From contig JBGARZ010000027.1 of NCBI GenBank assembly GCA_044229975.1, positions 34,499 to 98,498 on the forward strand: a DNA stretch of 64,000 nucleotides, given 5' to 3'. Shown one piece after another: positions 1-10,124 of the stretch (the first letter of the stretch is position 1; each line of letters begins with the position of its first letter). The notes below the pieces were generated by a model that had not been told where the DNA came from, did no database searches, and saw only the letters and a list, made by a program, of their open reading frames with translations. Position numbers and translations under genes: made by a program. This stretch comes from Polyangiales bacterium (GTDB lineage Bacteria > Myxococcota_A > Polyangia > Polyangiales > Ga0077539).

Positions 1-408
1 CGGCGGAAGCGTTGCCCGCCCCACCGACCACGCGCCGTCACCGCCACCACTGACCTACGCTCGCGACCCAGTCCCCCGTTGAGGGGTTCGGCCAGGTGCA
101 GCGCCCACGCTTCCGACGACGCCCACGATTCGTTGCGCGGTATCGACTCGCACCCGAGCAGCGTCGGGGGTGTCACGTAAACGAGCCAGAACGCCTCCGT
201 CGTCGACGTCCGGATGTCCAGCCTCGTCCCCATTACGAACCCGCGGAGGCTGTTGCGCGAGGCGACGAGCACCGACCACTGCCGCGCGGTCGACTTGTCG
301 CCGAGCATGTGCCAGTACGCGGGCGCCGGGTAGAACGGCGTTGCCTCGGCGCCATTGTCCGCCTGTTGCTCCGGCGACGACAGCTACATCGTGTCGCGGG
401 TCGACACC

Positions 409-1482
409 TCAGAATCGCACGGTCGCGGAGAGTTGGACCGCCCCCCCTGTGACATCGATCGACACGCGGGCTGCCTGGCGTCGCGCGGGTTGTTCCGCGG
501 ACCAGATCGCGAGCGAGGTGAGCGACGTCGCGAGCCCCACCGCGAAGCCGACCACCGACACCGTCGCCGCTAGGTTGCGGTCGTCGAGGAGTTCGAGGCA
601 GGCACTACCTTCCGCTGGGTCACGCGGACAGGAGGCGTTGAAGCGGGTGGTCCGTTCGAGAGCGACCGCGCCAGACACGAGCGTGGTCACCCACGCGGCC
701 GTCGCCGCGGTCAGAACCGTCAATAGTGCGACGGACGGACGGTACCGTGGTCGGACTCCATCGTCCGTCCCTCGTCCAGGCGTGAGATCTTGCTCGCTCG
801 CAGGCCCCAGGCGACCCCGCGTTCGAGGAGTCGGTGGAGCCTCTGGGGGGCGGACGACGTCTGCGTCCGCGCGCGGCGCGGTCCTGAACCGAAGCTGCTC
901 TTGGGCACCCTGCACGCGCAGCGTCGCCCGATGCTCGGTGCCCCCGATCAGCGCGACCGCCGAGAGCGTGCTCCCCTGCAGAACGCGGAACATGCGCCGA
1001 CGCACCCGAACGCCGTCCACCGTGACGAGCGCGTCGTCGGGCACGCCGGTGATCCTGACCTCGGAGGCGAGAGCGAGCAGGCGGTCGCGTTGCCGCTCGA
1101 AGAACCCCCCGAGCCCCTCCGACCTCAGCGTCGGAAGGGGCGAGGTGTCCGTCGCGAACGCATCGAGGTACGAGAGGGCCACGGCGTCCTCACCCCGGGA
1201 GACGTGCACGAGCGCGAGGTGAGCGAGCGCTTCGTGGTCGCCCGCGTGACAGAGGCTCCACGCGAGCGCCTCGGCGCGCTCGAGGACTGCGCGCGCCTGG
1301 GGGTGGGAGGCCCCCTGGAGCGACAGGAGTTCACGCTCGATCGCCGCGGTGGTCGCGGCGACATCGAGATCGTTTCGCACGGGGTCGCACGCCGGGGTTG
1401 CGCTCACGACGGGCTGCGCCGTCGCCGAACCAGCTCGCACGAGCGCCGCGAACACGAGCGAGCAGACCGTCAGCGTGCGCAC
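409..1482 (-). CDS. Secreted/membrane protein with TPR-like helices, PEGA-like segment and C-terminal hydrophobic helices
   Basis: Signal peptide (MRTLTVCSLVFAALVRAGSATAQ), helical repeat region, VRITGVPDDALVTVDG PEGA-like stretch, two C-terminal hydrophobic segments; overlaps the stop of the kinase. Confidence 0.65.
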   Translation of the reverse strand: MRTLTVCSLVFAALVRAGSATAQPVVSATPACDPVRNDLDVAATTAAIERELLSLQGASHPQARAVLERAEALAWSLCHAGDHEALAHLALVHVSRGEDAVALSYLDAFATDTSPLPTLRSEGLGGFFERQRDRLLALASEVRITGVPDDALVTVDGVRVRRRMFRVLQGSTLSAVALIGGTEHRATLRVQGAQEQLRFRTAPRADADVVRPPEAPPTPRTRGRLGPASEQDLTPGRGTDDGVRPRYRPSVALLTVLTAATAAWVTTLVSGAVALERTTRFNASCPRDPAEGSACLELLDDRNLAATVSVVGFAVGLATSLTSLAIWSAEQPARRQAARVSIDVTGGAVQLSATVRF

Positions 1483-2876
1483 GGAGACCTCGCGTCGTCG
1501 CAGTCACGTGGGGTCACCACCGGGCGGCGCTCGCGCGGCGTCTGCAGAGAGCCGCACGGGGCGAACGGGTCCGTGCAGGCGGTGCGACGTCCTGGCAGGG
1601 TGGTCGTCGGGCCGTCGCGTCGCGCGTGCGGCGACGCCGTTCGCGCGAGCTGGAGCGGCGCGGCCAGCGGCTGGGCGGCCGGCGGCTGGATCGTCGGCGA
1701 CGCCGCAGCGGCTAGTGCCGTCGAAGTGTCAGGCGCCGTGGCGGGGCTGGCCACGCCCCGCGCCGCGGCCGGCCGAGGCAGCGGTGGGGCGCTCGGCGTC
1801 AACGGGAGGCGCGTGGGAGCAGCGGTCGGGATGCTGGTGACGAGGGCGGCCGCGACGACGAGCGCGGCCACGACGCCACCCACGATCCGTAGGTCGCGAC
1901 GGGGCGCCGGAACGAAGTCCGGGGGGTCGGGGAAGGCACATTGGGTCGCGGGGTGGATGAGCGTGGGCTCCTGCGACGCCAGCGTCGACGAACCCTGGGA
2001 CGAGCCCGCGGTCAAAGCGATCGCCCGGAGCGAGTAGGCGACCAGCTTCGCGCTCGCCGGGCGGGCGGCCGGGTCGAGCGAGATCAACGACAGCACGATC
2101 GTTGAGAGTGGCTCCGGAACGCCGGGGACGAGCTCGGACGGCGGCATCGGCGTGGCGACGAGGCATCGCAGCTCGGCCATCGACGTCACCCGGTACGGCT
2201 TCGAGCCGGTCAGCAGGAAGTAGAGGAGGATGCCGACCGAGAAGAGGTCGACGCGTTCGTCGAGCTCGCTGGCCACGAGCCGCGCGTTCTCGGGTGCCAT
2301 GTAGCAGAGGGTCCCCTGCGCGCTGCCGTCGAAGCACGGGTCGCCCTTCACGATGGCGGACCCGAAGTCGATGAGGCGGAGCGCCGCGAAGGGGCGTCGC
2401 ACGACGAGGATGTTCGTCGGCTTGACGTCTCGGTGGATCACGCCGCAGCCGTGGACGTGCGCGAGCGCGTCGCAGAGCTGCGCGACGAGGTCGACGGACT
2501 CGGCCACGCTGAGTGGGAGCCTCCCTCGGATGTGCTCCAGAAGCGTCACCACGTCGCCACCCAGGTCGGTGAGCAGGAGCGCCGGGCCGTACCCCGGGAG
2601 CGAGAGCGAGCCGATGAGCGTGAGCACCCTGGGGTGCTCGCCCACCCGGCGCATGATCGAGGCCTCGGCGAGCATCGCCGCGATCGCGCCCGGGTCGCGC
2701 CGCCTCGCTGGCGAGAGGATCTTCATGATCACGCTCGTCCCCGTCGCGAGGCTCGTCGCGAGCAACAGCTCCGACGACGCGGTCGAGCGGATCGACGCGT
2801 GCACCCGATGCGCGCCGACCTCGCGCCCCATCAGGAAGGCCTGCGTCGGCTGCTCGTCATCGTCGGCGTTCGTCAC
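1470..2876 (-). CDS. Ser/Thr protein kinase (Hanks type) with a transmembrane helix
   Basis: HRDVKPTN, DFG, GTLCYMAPE, DLFSVG motifs; TM segment IVGGVVAALVVAAALV; Pro/Ala-rich tail. Confidence 0.92.
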   Translation of the reverse strand: MTNADDDEQPTQAFLMGREVGAHRVHASIRSTASSELLLATSLATGTSVIMKILSPARRRDPGAIAAMLAEASIMRRVGEHPRVLTLIGSLSLPGYGPALLLTDLGGDVVTLLEHIRGRLPLSVAESVDLVAQLCDALAHVHGCGVIHRDVKPTNILVVRRPFAALRLIDFGSAIVKGDPCFDGSAQGTLCYMAPENARLVASELDERVDLFSVGILLYFLLTGSKPYRVTSMAELRCLVATPMPPSELVPGVPEPLSTIVLSLISLDPAARPASAKLVAYSLRAIALTAGSSQGSSTLASQEPTLIHPATQCAFPDPPDFVPAPRRDLRIVGGVVAALVVAAALVTSIPTAAPTRLPLTPSAPPLPRPAAARGVASPATAPDTSTALAAAASPTIQPPAAQPLAAPLQLARTASPHARRDGPTTTLPGRRTACTDPFAPCGSLQTPRERRPVVTPRDCDDARSPCAR

Positions 2877-5617
2877 GGCGTCACCCGGAAGGTGATCGGG
2901 CCGAGCGCGATCTGCGCCCAGACCTGGCCGTTGGTGTCGCCACCGTTGCCGGTGTCGGCGAGGCCGCTCGCCGAGACGAGGAGCCCCCCTGGGTCACTGA
3001 AGGAGCCCCGCGCGATGGCCGCCGCGCGAAGGTCGAACGGGTCCGTGGAGGTTCCGCGGACGCTGAGGCTGAACCCCGGGGGCAGCGCCACGATGCGCTG
3101 CGCGAAGTCCCAGCGGAGGGTCATCCATGCGGCCCCGCGCGTGCGGTCACCGCCGTTCTCCTGCCAGGTGACGTCGATGCGCAGCGTCGCGGAGGTAGGC
3201 GACGTCAACGACCACGCACCCGCGACCGACAGCGTCTCGTTGCCGTCGAGCTCGTGGTCTCCGGCGACCGGCACGCTGAACATCCGCGGCGGCGTGTACG
3301 CCGCCCGCGTGACCACGCCGTCGCAGTTGTCGTCCGAGTTGCTCCCGATACCCTCGGCGCGCGGCGTAACCTCACCGATGCAGGCCGACGTGCGACCGCC
3401 GGTGCACGTCTGCGTGCCGCCGCGGCAGATCCCGCGGTTGAGCGTCGAAGCGCCGCCCGAGTAGCAGGTGCGCGTGAGCCCGTCGTCGGGCACGGTGTTG
3501 CAGTCGTCGTCGGCGCCGTTACACACCTCCGCGCGCGGGGGCCCCGCGACCGCGTCGCAGTAGGGCGCCCCCGAGAGGGGGTTGCAGGTCCACGATCCGG
3601 CGCGCGAGCAGGCCCCCACGCCGCTGGAGCACGGCCCCGAGCGGACGCACGCGCCGCGGCAGAGCTGCGTCCCCACCGGGCAGGTGGCGACGCACACGCC
3701 GCGCTCGCAGGACGCCGTGCCGCCCTGCGGGTCGGCGCAGCGTCGCCGACACGCGCCGCAGCTCTGGAGATCGGAGTTGAGGTCGGTCTCGCAGCCGTTG
3801 GCGGTCGCGCCGTCGCAGTCGCCGAAGCCGTACGCGCAGGCCGCGAGCGTGCAGCGCCCGCCGGAGCAGCGCGGGGTGCCCATGGGAGACGTGCAGGCGA
3901 CGCGGCACCCGCCGCAGCTCTCGACGTTGGCGTCGACGTTCGTCTCGCAGCCGTTCTCCGGGTTGCCGTCGCAGTCGGCGTACCCGTTGAAGCACGAGTA
4001 CCCGCAGCCGCCCGACCGGCACGCCGCGTTCGCGTTGGCGCGGGTGGCGCACGTGAGCCCGCACGCCCCGCAGTTGCCCGGGTCGCTGCTCGGGTCGGTG
4101 CACCGCCCGCCGCACGCCGCGAGGCCGCTCGCGCAGCGGAGAGCGCAGCGCCCGGCCTCGCAGGTCTCGCCAGCCCGGCAGGCGTGGCCGCAGACGCCGC
4201 AGTGCTCGCCGTCGGCGGCGAGGTCGACCTCGCAGCCGTCGTCCGCACGCAGGTTGCAGTCGGCCGTTGCGTCGCCGAGGCAACGCGCGCGGCACCGGCC
4301 CTCGACGCACGTTGCACCGGCGGGGCACGCGTCGCCGCACGCGCCGCAGTTCAACGGGTCGCTCTCCAGCAACGCACACATGCCCGTCGCCTCGCAGTAG
4401 CTCTGACCCGGCCGGCAGCTGGACACGCACGAGTTGCGCCCCCCCTCGGCGACGCAGCGAAGTCCGACGGCGCACGCGTTGCCGCAGCCGAGGCAGTCGC
4501 CCGCGCTGACGGCCGCCGTCTCGCACCCGTTCTGCGCGTTGGCGTCGCAGTCGCGTGCGAAGGCCGCGCAGGTGATCACGCACCGCCCGCCCCGGCACGT
4601 GGCCGACGCGGAGTCAGCGCCCGGCAGGAGGCGGCAGTCGATGAGATTCTCCGCCGAGAGGCCGCACGCGCTGACGTCGCTCGTCGGGTCCACGCAGGCG
4701 TTTCCGCGCAGGAGGAAGCCCGTATCGCACGTCACCTGGCAGGCACCGTGAGGGCAAGAGACGGAGCCGTTGCGCGGGGCGTCCCGGCAGCGCTCGCAGG
4801 CAGCTCCGCACGCCGCGGTCGTCTCCCGCACGAACCGCCCGCCGCACCGCACCCACCCTTCGAGGGGCTCGAGCTCGCATGTGGCGTCGCGGCACACGGC
4901 CTGGGCGCCCAGCTCACTCGTGCAGAGATCACAGCGCGTGCCGCACGCGTCGGCGCTCGGGCGCACGGCGTGGCCGCGGCAGATGAGATAGCCGTCGTCG
5001 GGGCGTCGCTGGCACGCGCCGCCCTCGCAGGTCACGCGGATGCCCGGGTCGGCGTCAGTCGGGCACAGCGCCCCGCAGAAGCCGCAGTTGCGCGGGTCGT
5101 TGGCGAGGTCGCGACAGCCGTCGGCGCAGGGCGTCGAGCCGGCGGGGCACCGGCTCCCGCACTGAAGGCCCGCTGCCGCGCGAACGCACTGAGGCGTCGA
5201 CCCGCCGCAAGCGCGGCCGCACGTGCCGCAGTGGGCGGTCACGTCCAACGGCTGCTCGCACCCGTTTGCCGGGGACCCGTCGCAGTCGCCGAAGCCGTCG
5301 TCGCAGACGCTGACCGCGCAGCGCCCGGAGACACACCCCATCGCCGCGTGGTTGGACTCGCACGTGGCCCCGCAGGCGCCGCAGTGCTGCGCGTTGGAGC
5401 GCGGGTCGACGCAGTCCCCGCCGCACACGACGAGCGGGGCCAGGCACTCGGGTGGGGCGGGCGTCTCGTCGCGGGTGTCGACGCCGCCGACGTCCAACGT
5501 CGAGACGTCGGACACTGTCGCGGCATCGCCCTCGAACCCGTACGGCATGTGACCGCCGGGGGCACACGCTTCGGGAAGCGATATCAATGCGAGCAAGCCG
5601 AACTGCAGGAACCTCAT
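2873..5617 (-). CDS. Cys-rich repeat lipoprotein
   Basis: Signal peptide ending EAC; many CGxCGxxC and DCDGxxxNGCE repeats; EVCNGADDDCN repeat; non-repeat C-terminal domain; 4-nt overlap with the kinase. Confidence 0.85.
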   Translation of the reverse strand: MRFLQFGLLALISLPEACAPGGHMPYGFEGDAATVSDVSTLDVGGVDTRDETPAPPECLAPLVVCGGDCVDPRSNAQHCGACGATCESNHAAMGCVSGRCAVSVCDDGFGDCDGSPANGCEQPLDVTAHCGTCGRACGGSTPQCVRAAAGLQCGSRCPAGSTPCADGCRDLANDPRNCGFCGALCPTDADPGIRVTCEGGACQRRPDDGYLICRGHAVRPSADACGTRCDLCTSELGAQAVCRDATCELEPLEGWVRCGGRFVRETTAACGAACERCRDAPRNGSVSCPHGACQVTCDTGFLLRGNACVDPTSDVSACGLSAENLIDCRLLPGADSASATCRGGRCVITCAAFARDCDANAQNGCETAAVSAGDCLGCGNACAVGLRCVAEGGRNSCVSSCRPGQSYCEATGMCALLESDPLNCGACGDACPAGATCVEGRCRARCLGDATADCNLRADDGCEVDLAADGEHCGVCGHACRAGETCEAGRCALRCASGLAACGGRCTDPSSDPGNCGACGLTCATRANANAACRSGGCGYSCFNGYADCDGNPENGCETNVDANVESCGGCRVACTSPMGTPRCSGGRCTLAACAYGFGDCDGATANGCETDLNSDLQSCGACRRRCADPQGGTASCERGVCVATCPVGTQLCRGACVRSGPCSSGVGACSRAGSWTCNPLSGAPYCDAVAGPPRAEVCNGADDDCNTVPDDGLTRTCYSGGASTLNRGICRGGTQTCTGGRTSACIGEVTPRAEGIGSNSDDNCDGVVTRAAYTPPRMFSVPVAGDHELDGNETLSVAGAWSLTSPTSATLRIDVTWQENGGDRTRGAAWMTLRWDFAQRIVALPPGFSLSVRGTSTDPFDLRAAAIARGSFSDPGGLLVSASGLADTGNGGDTNGQVWAQIALGPITFRVTP

Positions 5618-5804
5618 CGAACTGTCCTCCGGGTGGCAGGCCTCACGACTCGACGCGCCCGTTCGCGCATCCCCACGATCGTCGCCGTGCTCGCGAGCCC
5701 TCGGGGCGTAACGGCGCCGTTTGCGCCGACGCGCCCGCGGCGGAAGCCACGGTTCATGGCCGAAGTCGCGGCGGCGGACCGCGGTCCCCGCGCGCCCCGA
5801 CCTC

Positions 5805-5847
5805 GCGTAACGCGTAACACCGGGCGGTGTGTTACGACTGGTTACGC
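5805..5847. promoter_or_regulatory. Nested inverted repeat of GTAAC/GTTAC boxes, candidate operator
   Basis: cgtaacac(5813-5820)-N8-gtgttacg(5829-5836), with outer gcgtaac(5805-5811)/gttacgc(5841-5847). Confidence 0.5.
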
Positions 5848-5866
5848 GTCCCCAGCGGAGGGCGCT

Positions 5867-8119
5867 TCAGCGGCGGGGCGCGTAGTGATCGAGCATCGAG
5901 ACGAGGCCACTGAACTGCCCAGTGGCCCTCGCCAGTCTCGTGACATCCATCTTGTTGTTGAGACCCAGCTTGCGGGCGAGGAGGTCTCCGGTCGGGCGCG
6001 TCCCTCGGGCGTGGAGACGTTTGATCTCATCAACGAGGCGCTGGAACTCTTCGGGGACCTCTCCGGGGGCCGCGACCGGGGCCACGCCGGTAGGGGCGTG
6101 CGCCTTCGAGCGCCGCCGCGATCCCGGGGTCGACAGGGCTACGCAGAACAAGCTCCCGACGACGTCGAGCACGTGCTGGAGGAACCTTGAGAAGCCGAGG
6201 TTCGGCCGCGAGCGCGCCGCGGGCTCCTTGAGCGGAGGCATCTCGGCCCGCACGCCGACCACTACGAGGTAGGCGTCGCTCTCCGGAACGCGCAGGCGAT
6301 ACGCGTTGAACTCCGCGGTGCCCACCTTGACCGGTCGCTCGCGGAGCGCGCGGACGATTTCCGCGTCGGCGCCCTCCTGCGCCTCGCTGGTCGAGAGCTC
6401 GCTGACGTCCTTCGTCAGCGCGGTTGCGATCGCGCTCTCAAGCGTCTGCGCCGCGGCGATGACCTTCGCGGGCGGGCCGGCGGAGATCAGGAGCACGGAC
6501 CTCGCGCCGAGCTGGGTCGCGAGTGCGGCGAGGCCCCCGTCGACCCCGCGCCGCGCGAGCGCGGCGGAGACCCTGGCGCGGACGCTCATGCTCAGCGCCC
6601 TCAGGTGAACCCGGGAGAGCCGCTGGATCACGAGGCCGATGAGCCCCGCCGCGTGCTGCAGGTAGCGCAGCTCGCGGTGGGAGAAGCTCGGGCGATGGCG
6701 GTCGAGGTCGAGCGTCGAGTGCCTCCGAGACTGCACTTTGAGCACGCCGCTTGCCCGGCCCTTCTCGAGGGGGACGAAGTCGTAAGTGCGGTTGCCGCTG
6801 GGATCCCGGCCCGCTGCCTCGCGGACGTTGCGGGCCGCGTCGCGCTTGTACTTTGAGACCCTGTCCGTCGCTGTGGGAGACAGTGGCTCGGCGCAGAACA
6901 GGCCGGGCTCCAGCTCGAAGCCGCACCAGCTCCAGGGACCGTCCCACGCCGACGCGGCAATGTCGCTGTCGAGATGGTGATCGTTTCCGCTGACCCGTTG
7001 CTCCCGCGGTGCGACCGGCAGATCGAGCTTCTCGTAGATTCGCTTGAGCCTCGCGTCCCCGATCACCTGAAACGCGTGATCGGCCGACCTCTCTTGAAAT
7101 CGCGAGGCGATGGTCGCGACGTTGGAGAACAGCCACGTGATGCCCACGTACTGGTCGTCACAGGACCCGGGAAGGTCGGGTTTGTATCCAACACCGGCGA
7201 GGACTCCAAGCCTCCCGTTGGTGTCGGGGGTGAACACCGCGACGGCGGGCGACTGCACCATGGTCGCGACCTCCTTGACGACGTCCGCGATCACCTTGGA
7301 GATCTGCGGAAAAATCTCGTGATGTCTGCAAGCGTCCTTGTCTTGCTGGATGGGCGCCAGGCGGTGGAGGTCGGCCAGGGTCTTCTCGGCAGCGACGGTC
7401 CACCACAGCCAGTACTTCTGGGAGAGCACCCTCGCCATCTCCCACGAAGCCGCCGCAAGATTTTCCAGCGCGATCCGGCGTCGGTCCTCAGCCGTGAGCT
7501 CACGTGACCCGACCACACGGCCCACCTTGAGGATGAGCACCGCGAGGGTCGGCCCGGCTTCGCCGGAACGGACGACGAGCGCAAAGTGCCCGTTGGCGTC
7601 ATCGGTGAAGATCTCCCAGCTCGCCTCGGTGTGCAGTCCGTCGACGCCGACGCGGATGCCGCGCGCTGCCGCGCGCTTCCCGAGGATGCTCGCGCGCCAG
7701 TCCGCGGGCGTGTCGCCGACCAGGGTGAAGTCGTTCTTCCCTCCGTCGACGGCGGCGCGGGAGACGAAGCGCATCTTCCCTCTGCCCTGCATCAGCGCGC
7801 CGGACCAGCGCGGCGTGGACGCTTCGCGCGTGGTCCTGCACCAATTCTTCAGCTCATCGAGCGCGTCCTTGCGCGCGGGGGTGAGCGCAACCGTGATCTC
7901 GCGAATGGTGGTCCGGCTGAGATGGGGTTCAGGCCGGACCGGGCGGAGGAGCAGCACGCCGACGGCGCCCGGCCCGAGGCCGTCGGGCGACTGGATGAAC
8001 TCGGTGATGTCCTGCGGCACCTGCTCCGTGTTGCGGGTGGCCCAGAGGTGGGCCCGCCCCAACACGCGGGTCGTCATCGAGATAGCGAAGTGGATCGGTG
8101 CGTCGCGGTCCATGGTCAC
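5867..8119 (-). CDS. Hypothetical protein with tandem GAF-like domains and C-terminal HTH-like segment
   Basis: 750-aa ORF; GAF-like IADVVKEVATMVQSPAVAVFTPD...LAGVGY and GVLKVQS...FSHRELRYLQHAAGLIGLVIQRL; C-terminal PTGDLLARKLGLNNKMDVTRLAR. Confidence 0.6.
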   Translation of the reverse strand: MTMDRDAPIHFAISMTTRVLGRAHLWATRNTEQVPQDITEFIQSPDGLGPGAVGVLLLRPVRPEPHLSRTTIREITVALTPARKDALDELKNWCRTTREASTPRWSGALMQGRGKMRFVSRAAVDGGKNDFTLVGDTPADWRASILGKRAAARGIRVGVDGLHTEASWEIFTDDANGHFALVVRSGEAGPTLAVLILKVGRVVGSRELTAEDRRRIALENLAAASWEMARVLSQKYWLWWTVAAEKTLADLHRLAPIQQDKDACRHHEIFPQISKVIADVVKEVATMVQSPAVAVFTPDTNGRLGVLAGVGYKPDLPGSCDDQYVGITWLFSNVATIASRFQERSADHAFQVIGDARLKRIYEKLDLPVAPREQRVSGNDHHLDSDIAASAWDGPWSWCGFELEPGLFCAEPLSPTATDRVSKYKRDAARNVREAAGRDPSGNRTYDFVPLEKGRASGVLKVQSRRHSTLDLDRHRPSFSHRELRYLQHAAGLIGLVIQRLSRVHLRALSMSVRARVSAALARRGVDGGLAALATQLGARSVLLISAGPPAKVIAAAQTLESAIATALTKDVSELSTSEAQEGADAEIVRALRERPVKVGTAEFNAYRLRVPESDAYLVVVGVRAEMPPLKEPAARSRPNLGFSRFLQHVLDVVGSLFCVALSTPGSRRRSKAHAPTGVAPVAAPGEVPEEFQRLVDEIKRLHARGTRPTGDLLARKLGLNNKMDVTRLARATGQFSGLVSMLDHYAPRR

Positions 8120-8336
8120 CTGCCGATCGGGAGCGGTTGCGGAGTTGCTTCGACTCGGGCAGTTCGGTGCTTCAACGTGGCCCCCTCACTGGCGCTGATT
8201 CGCCCGAGACGGCAACGTTCCTCACGGGCGGTACCCTATCGCGAGGCGATCCCTGTTTTGGCTCCCGTGGCGCCCCCCTGGCCGATTCCAAGGCCTCCCC
8301 GCTTCAGTCGCGGCGGCGGGTGAGGGGATAGGTGAA

Positions 8337-8377
8337 CCGGCTCATGGGCCCGTCGAGGTGAAGGGCCCATGAGCCGG
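8337..8377. repeat. Perfect 15-bp inverted repeat (hairpin)
   Basis: ccggctcatgggccc-N11-gggcccatgagccgg. Confidence 0.85.
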
Positions 8378-8399
8378 GTGGGTTGACCTGACCGGTACA

Positions 8400-10082
8400 A
8401 TGGACCCCCCGCCTCGATCGTACCGCCCCGACGATCCGCCCGTGCCGCCCGGGGGGTGGCGCAGCGGAGCCACCCGGATGCGGGTGCACTGGCGGTGGCT
8501 CGAGGGGCTGCGCTTCGACGACCAGGGCCGCCTCCGGGCGCGCTGCGGCTGGGGCCACACCGTCCGCACCTGGGATCCGGTCACCGGGGAGGCGCTGGGC
8601 GTCGCGTCCTGGTCGGAGATCGATCCCTGGCCGCAGGGCATCCGCCCCGACGGCGGCTCGGCGGCTCGCCGGGGCGCGCTGGCCGCGTGCTCGCTGGGCG
8701 GGCGGGAGGTCGTGGTGATCGACGCCGACGCGCGGCGCGTGCTGCGCCGGATGTCGCTGCCGGAGCACCACTCGCCGCGGCTGCGGTTCCTGGACGACGG
8801 GTCGCTCGCCGCGCTGCAAATGCGCCACCTGCTGCGCTGGGACGAGGAAGGGCGCCTGCTCACGAGCATCGAACCGCCGGAAGGCACGATCGAGATCCTG
8901 CCGGACGGTGACCTCGTGTGCGTGCGAGACAGGCGCTGGGTGCGGTGCGATCCCGGCGGGCGCGTCCGCTGGAGCGTGGAGCACCGGGGATGGATCACGC
9001 CCTATCCCCAAGAGGGCCGGTGGTGGGTCGGGGTTGAGAGAGAAGGCGCGCTCGTGTTCGACGTCGAGACCGGCGCGGAGGTGCGGCGGGTCGCGCTCGC
9101 CTGGCACAGCGGCTCTGGCCGGCTCGCGGTGTCGGGGGACGGCGCCCTGCTCGCCGTCGGCGGATTCATGGAGCCCGCGCTGGAGGTGTACGACGTGGCG
9201 AGCGGCCGGCGGGTGAACGCGCCCGGCGGGCCCGAGTCCCACGTGATCCGGCTCTTGGCGACGCCGGACGGGCCGGTCTCGCTCGACGCCCGCGGCACGC
9301 TGCGGCGGCACGACCCGACCACCGGGGACGTGCTGGCGGAGTCACGCGGGCGCTGGTGGGACGCGATGCCGGACGGGCGCCGGTTGCTCGCCACCACGCG
9401 GGATGGAGAACTCGGGGTGCTGGACGCGCACACGCTCGCGGGGGAGGCCCGTGGCGACGGGGCGGCCGTGCGGCTGCTCGGTCGGAGCAGCGACGGGGTA
9501 TGGGTGGCGGGGCACCGGAACGCGCTGTTCCCGGTGCCGCAGGAGCCCGCGGTGATCGAGTGCCGGAAGCTCGACGGCCGGGTCCGCAGGCGGAGGGAGG
9601 TAGACGGCGAGTCGGCCTGGATCGAGGCGTCGCGCTCGCGGCACGGGGTCGTGGCGTTGATACGAGACCAAGGGATCGCGCTGGTCGACGCGCGCACGGG
9701 CGCGGTCCGTCTGGAGGCGCCGTGGCGGGTGACGGACGAGGGGTGGCGCCTGACCGGTGCGATCGCCGTGACGGAGGACGGCACGTGGCTCGCCGGCGCC
9801 CACGACGGCCGCATCGGCGTGCTACGGCCGGAGGCGAAGGTCCTGGAGGCCCGCTTCGGCCTCAGCGCGCCGTGCTCGGCGTCGGCGTTGTGTCCGCTCG
9901 GGGGAGGACGGATCGCCGTGGGCTACGAGCTCGGTCAGGTGCGGGTCTGGGATCTCGCCAGCGGCGCGCTGATCCACGAGTGGGACCTGCACCTCGGGCG
10001 GGTCGAAGCACTCGTCCGGTGGGGCGATCAACTCGTGTCGGCGGGCGAGGACACGACGGTGGTCTCGGTGCCACTGCCCTGA
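8400..10082 (+). CDS. WD40/beta-propeller repeat protein
   Basis: TVRTWD, QVRVWDLASG, HLGRVEAL, LVSAGEDTTV WD-like repeats. Confidence 0.8.
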   Translation: MDPPPRSYRPDDPPVPPGGWRSGATRMRVHWRWLEGLRFDDQGRLRARCGWGHTVRTWDPVTGEALGVASWSEIDPWPQGIRPDGGSAARRGALAACSLGGREVVVIDADARRVLRRMSLPEHHSPRLRFLDDGSLAALQMRHLLRWDEEGRLLTSIEPPEGTIEILPDGDLVCVRDRRWVRCDPGGRVRWSVEHRGWITPYPQEGRWWVGVEREGALVFDVETGAEVRRVALAWHSGSGRLAVSGDGALLAVGGFMEPALEVYDVASGRRVNAPGGPESHVIRLLATPDGPVSLDARGTLRRHDPTTGDVLAESRGRWWDAMPDGRRLLATTRDGELGVLDAHTLAGEARGDGAAVRLLGRSSDGVWVAGHRNALFPVPQEPAVIECRKLDGRVRRRREVDGESAWIEASRSRHGVVALIRDQGIALVDARTGAVRLEAPWRVTDEGWRLTGAIAVTEDGTWLAGAHDGRIGVLRPEAKVLEARFGLSAPCSASALCPLGGGRIAVGYELGQVRVWDLASGALIHEWDLHLGRVEALVRWGDQLVSAGEDTTVVSVPLP

Positions 10083-10124
10083 CGCCCATGGATCATGGAG
10101 CGAGAGGGGGCCGCGGCGGGGGAT

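Noticed and set aside
1..314. Possible minus-strand gene running off the left edge after a sigma54-like box at 299-314
   Set aside because: No recognisable motif in the short visible part; cannot be supported.
3254..6190. Long antisense ORFs such as 3254-6190 and 52747-55521
   Set aside because: Arg/Ala-rich shadows of real opposite-strand genes, expected at this GC content.
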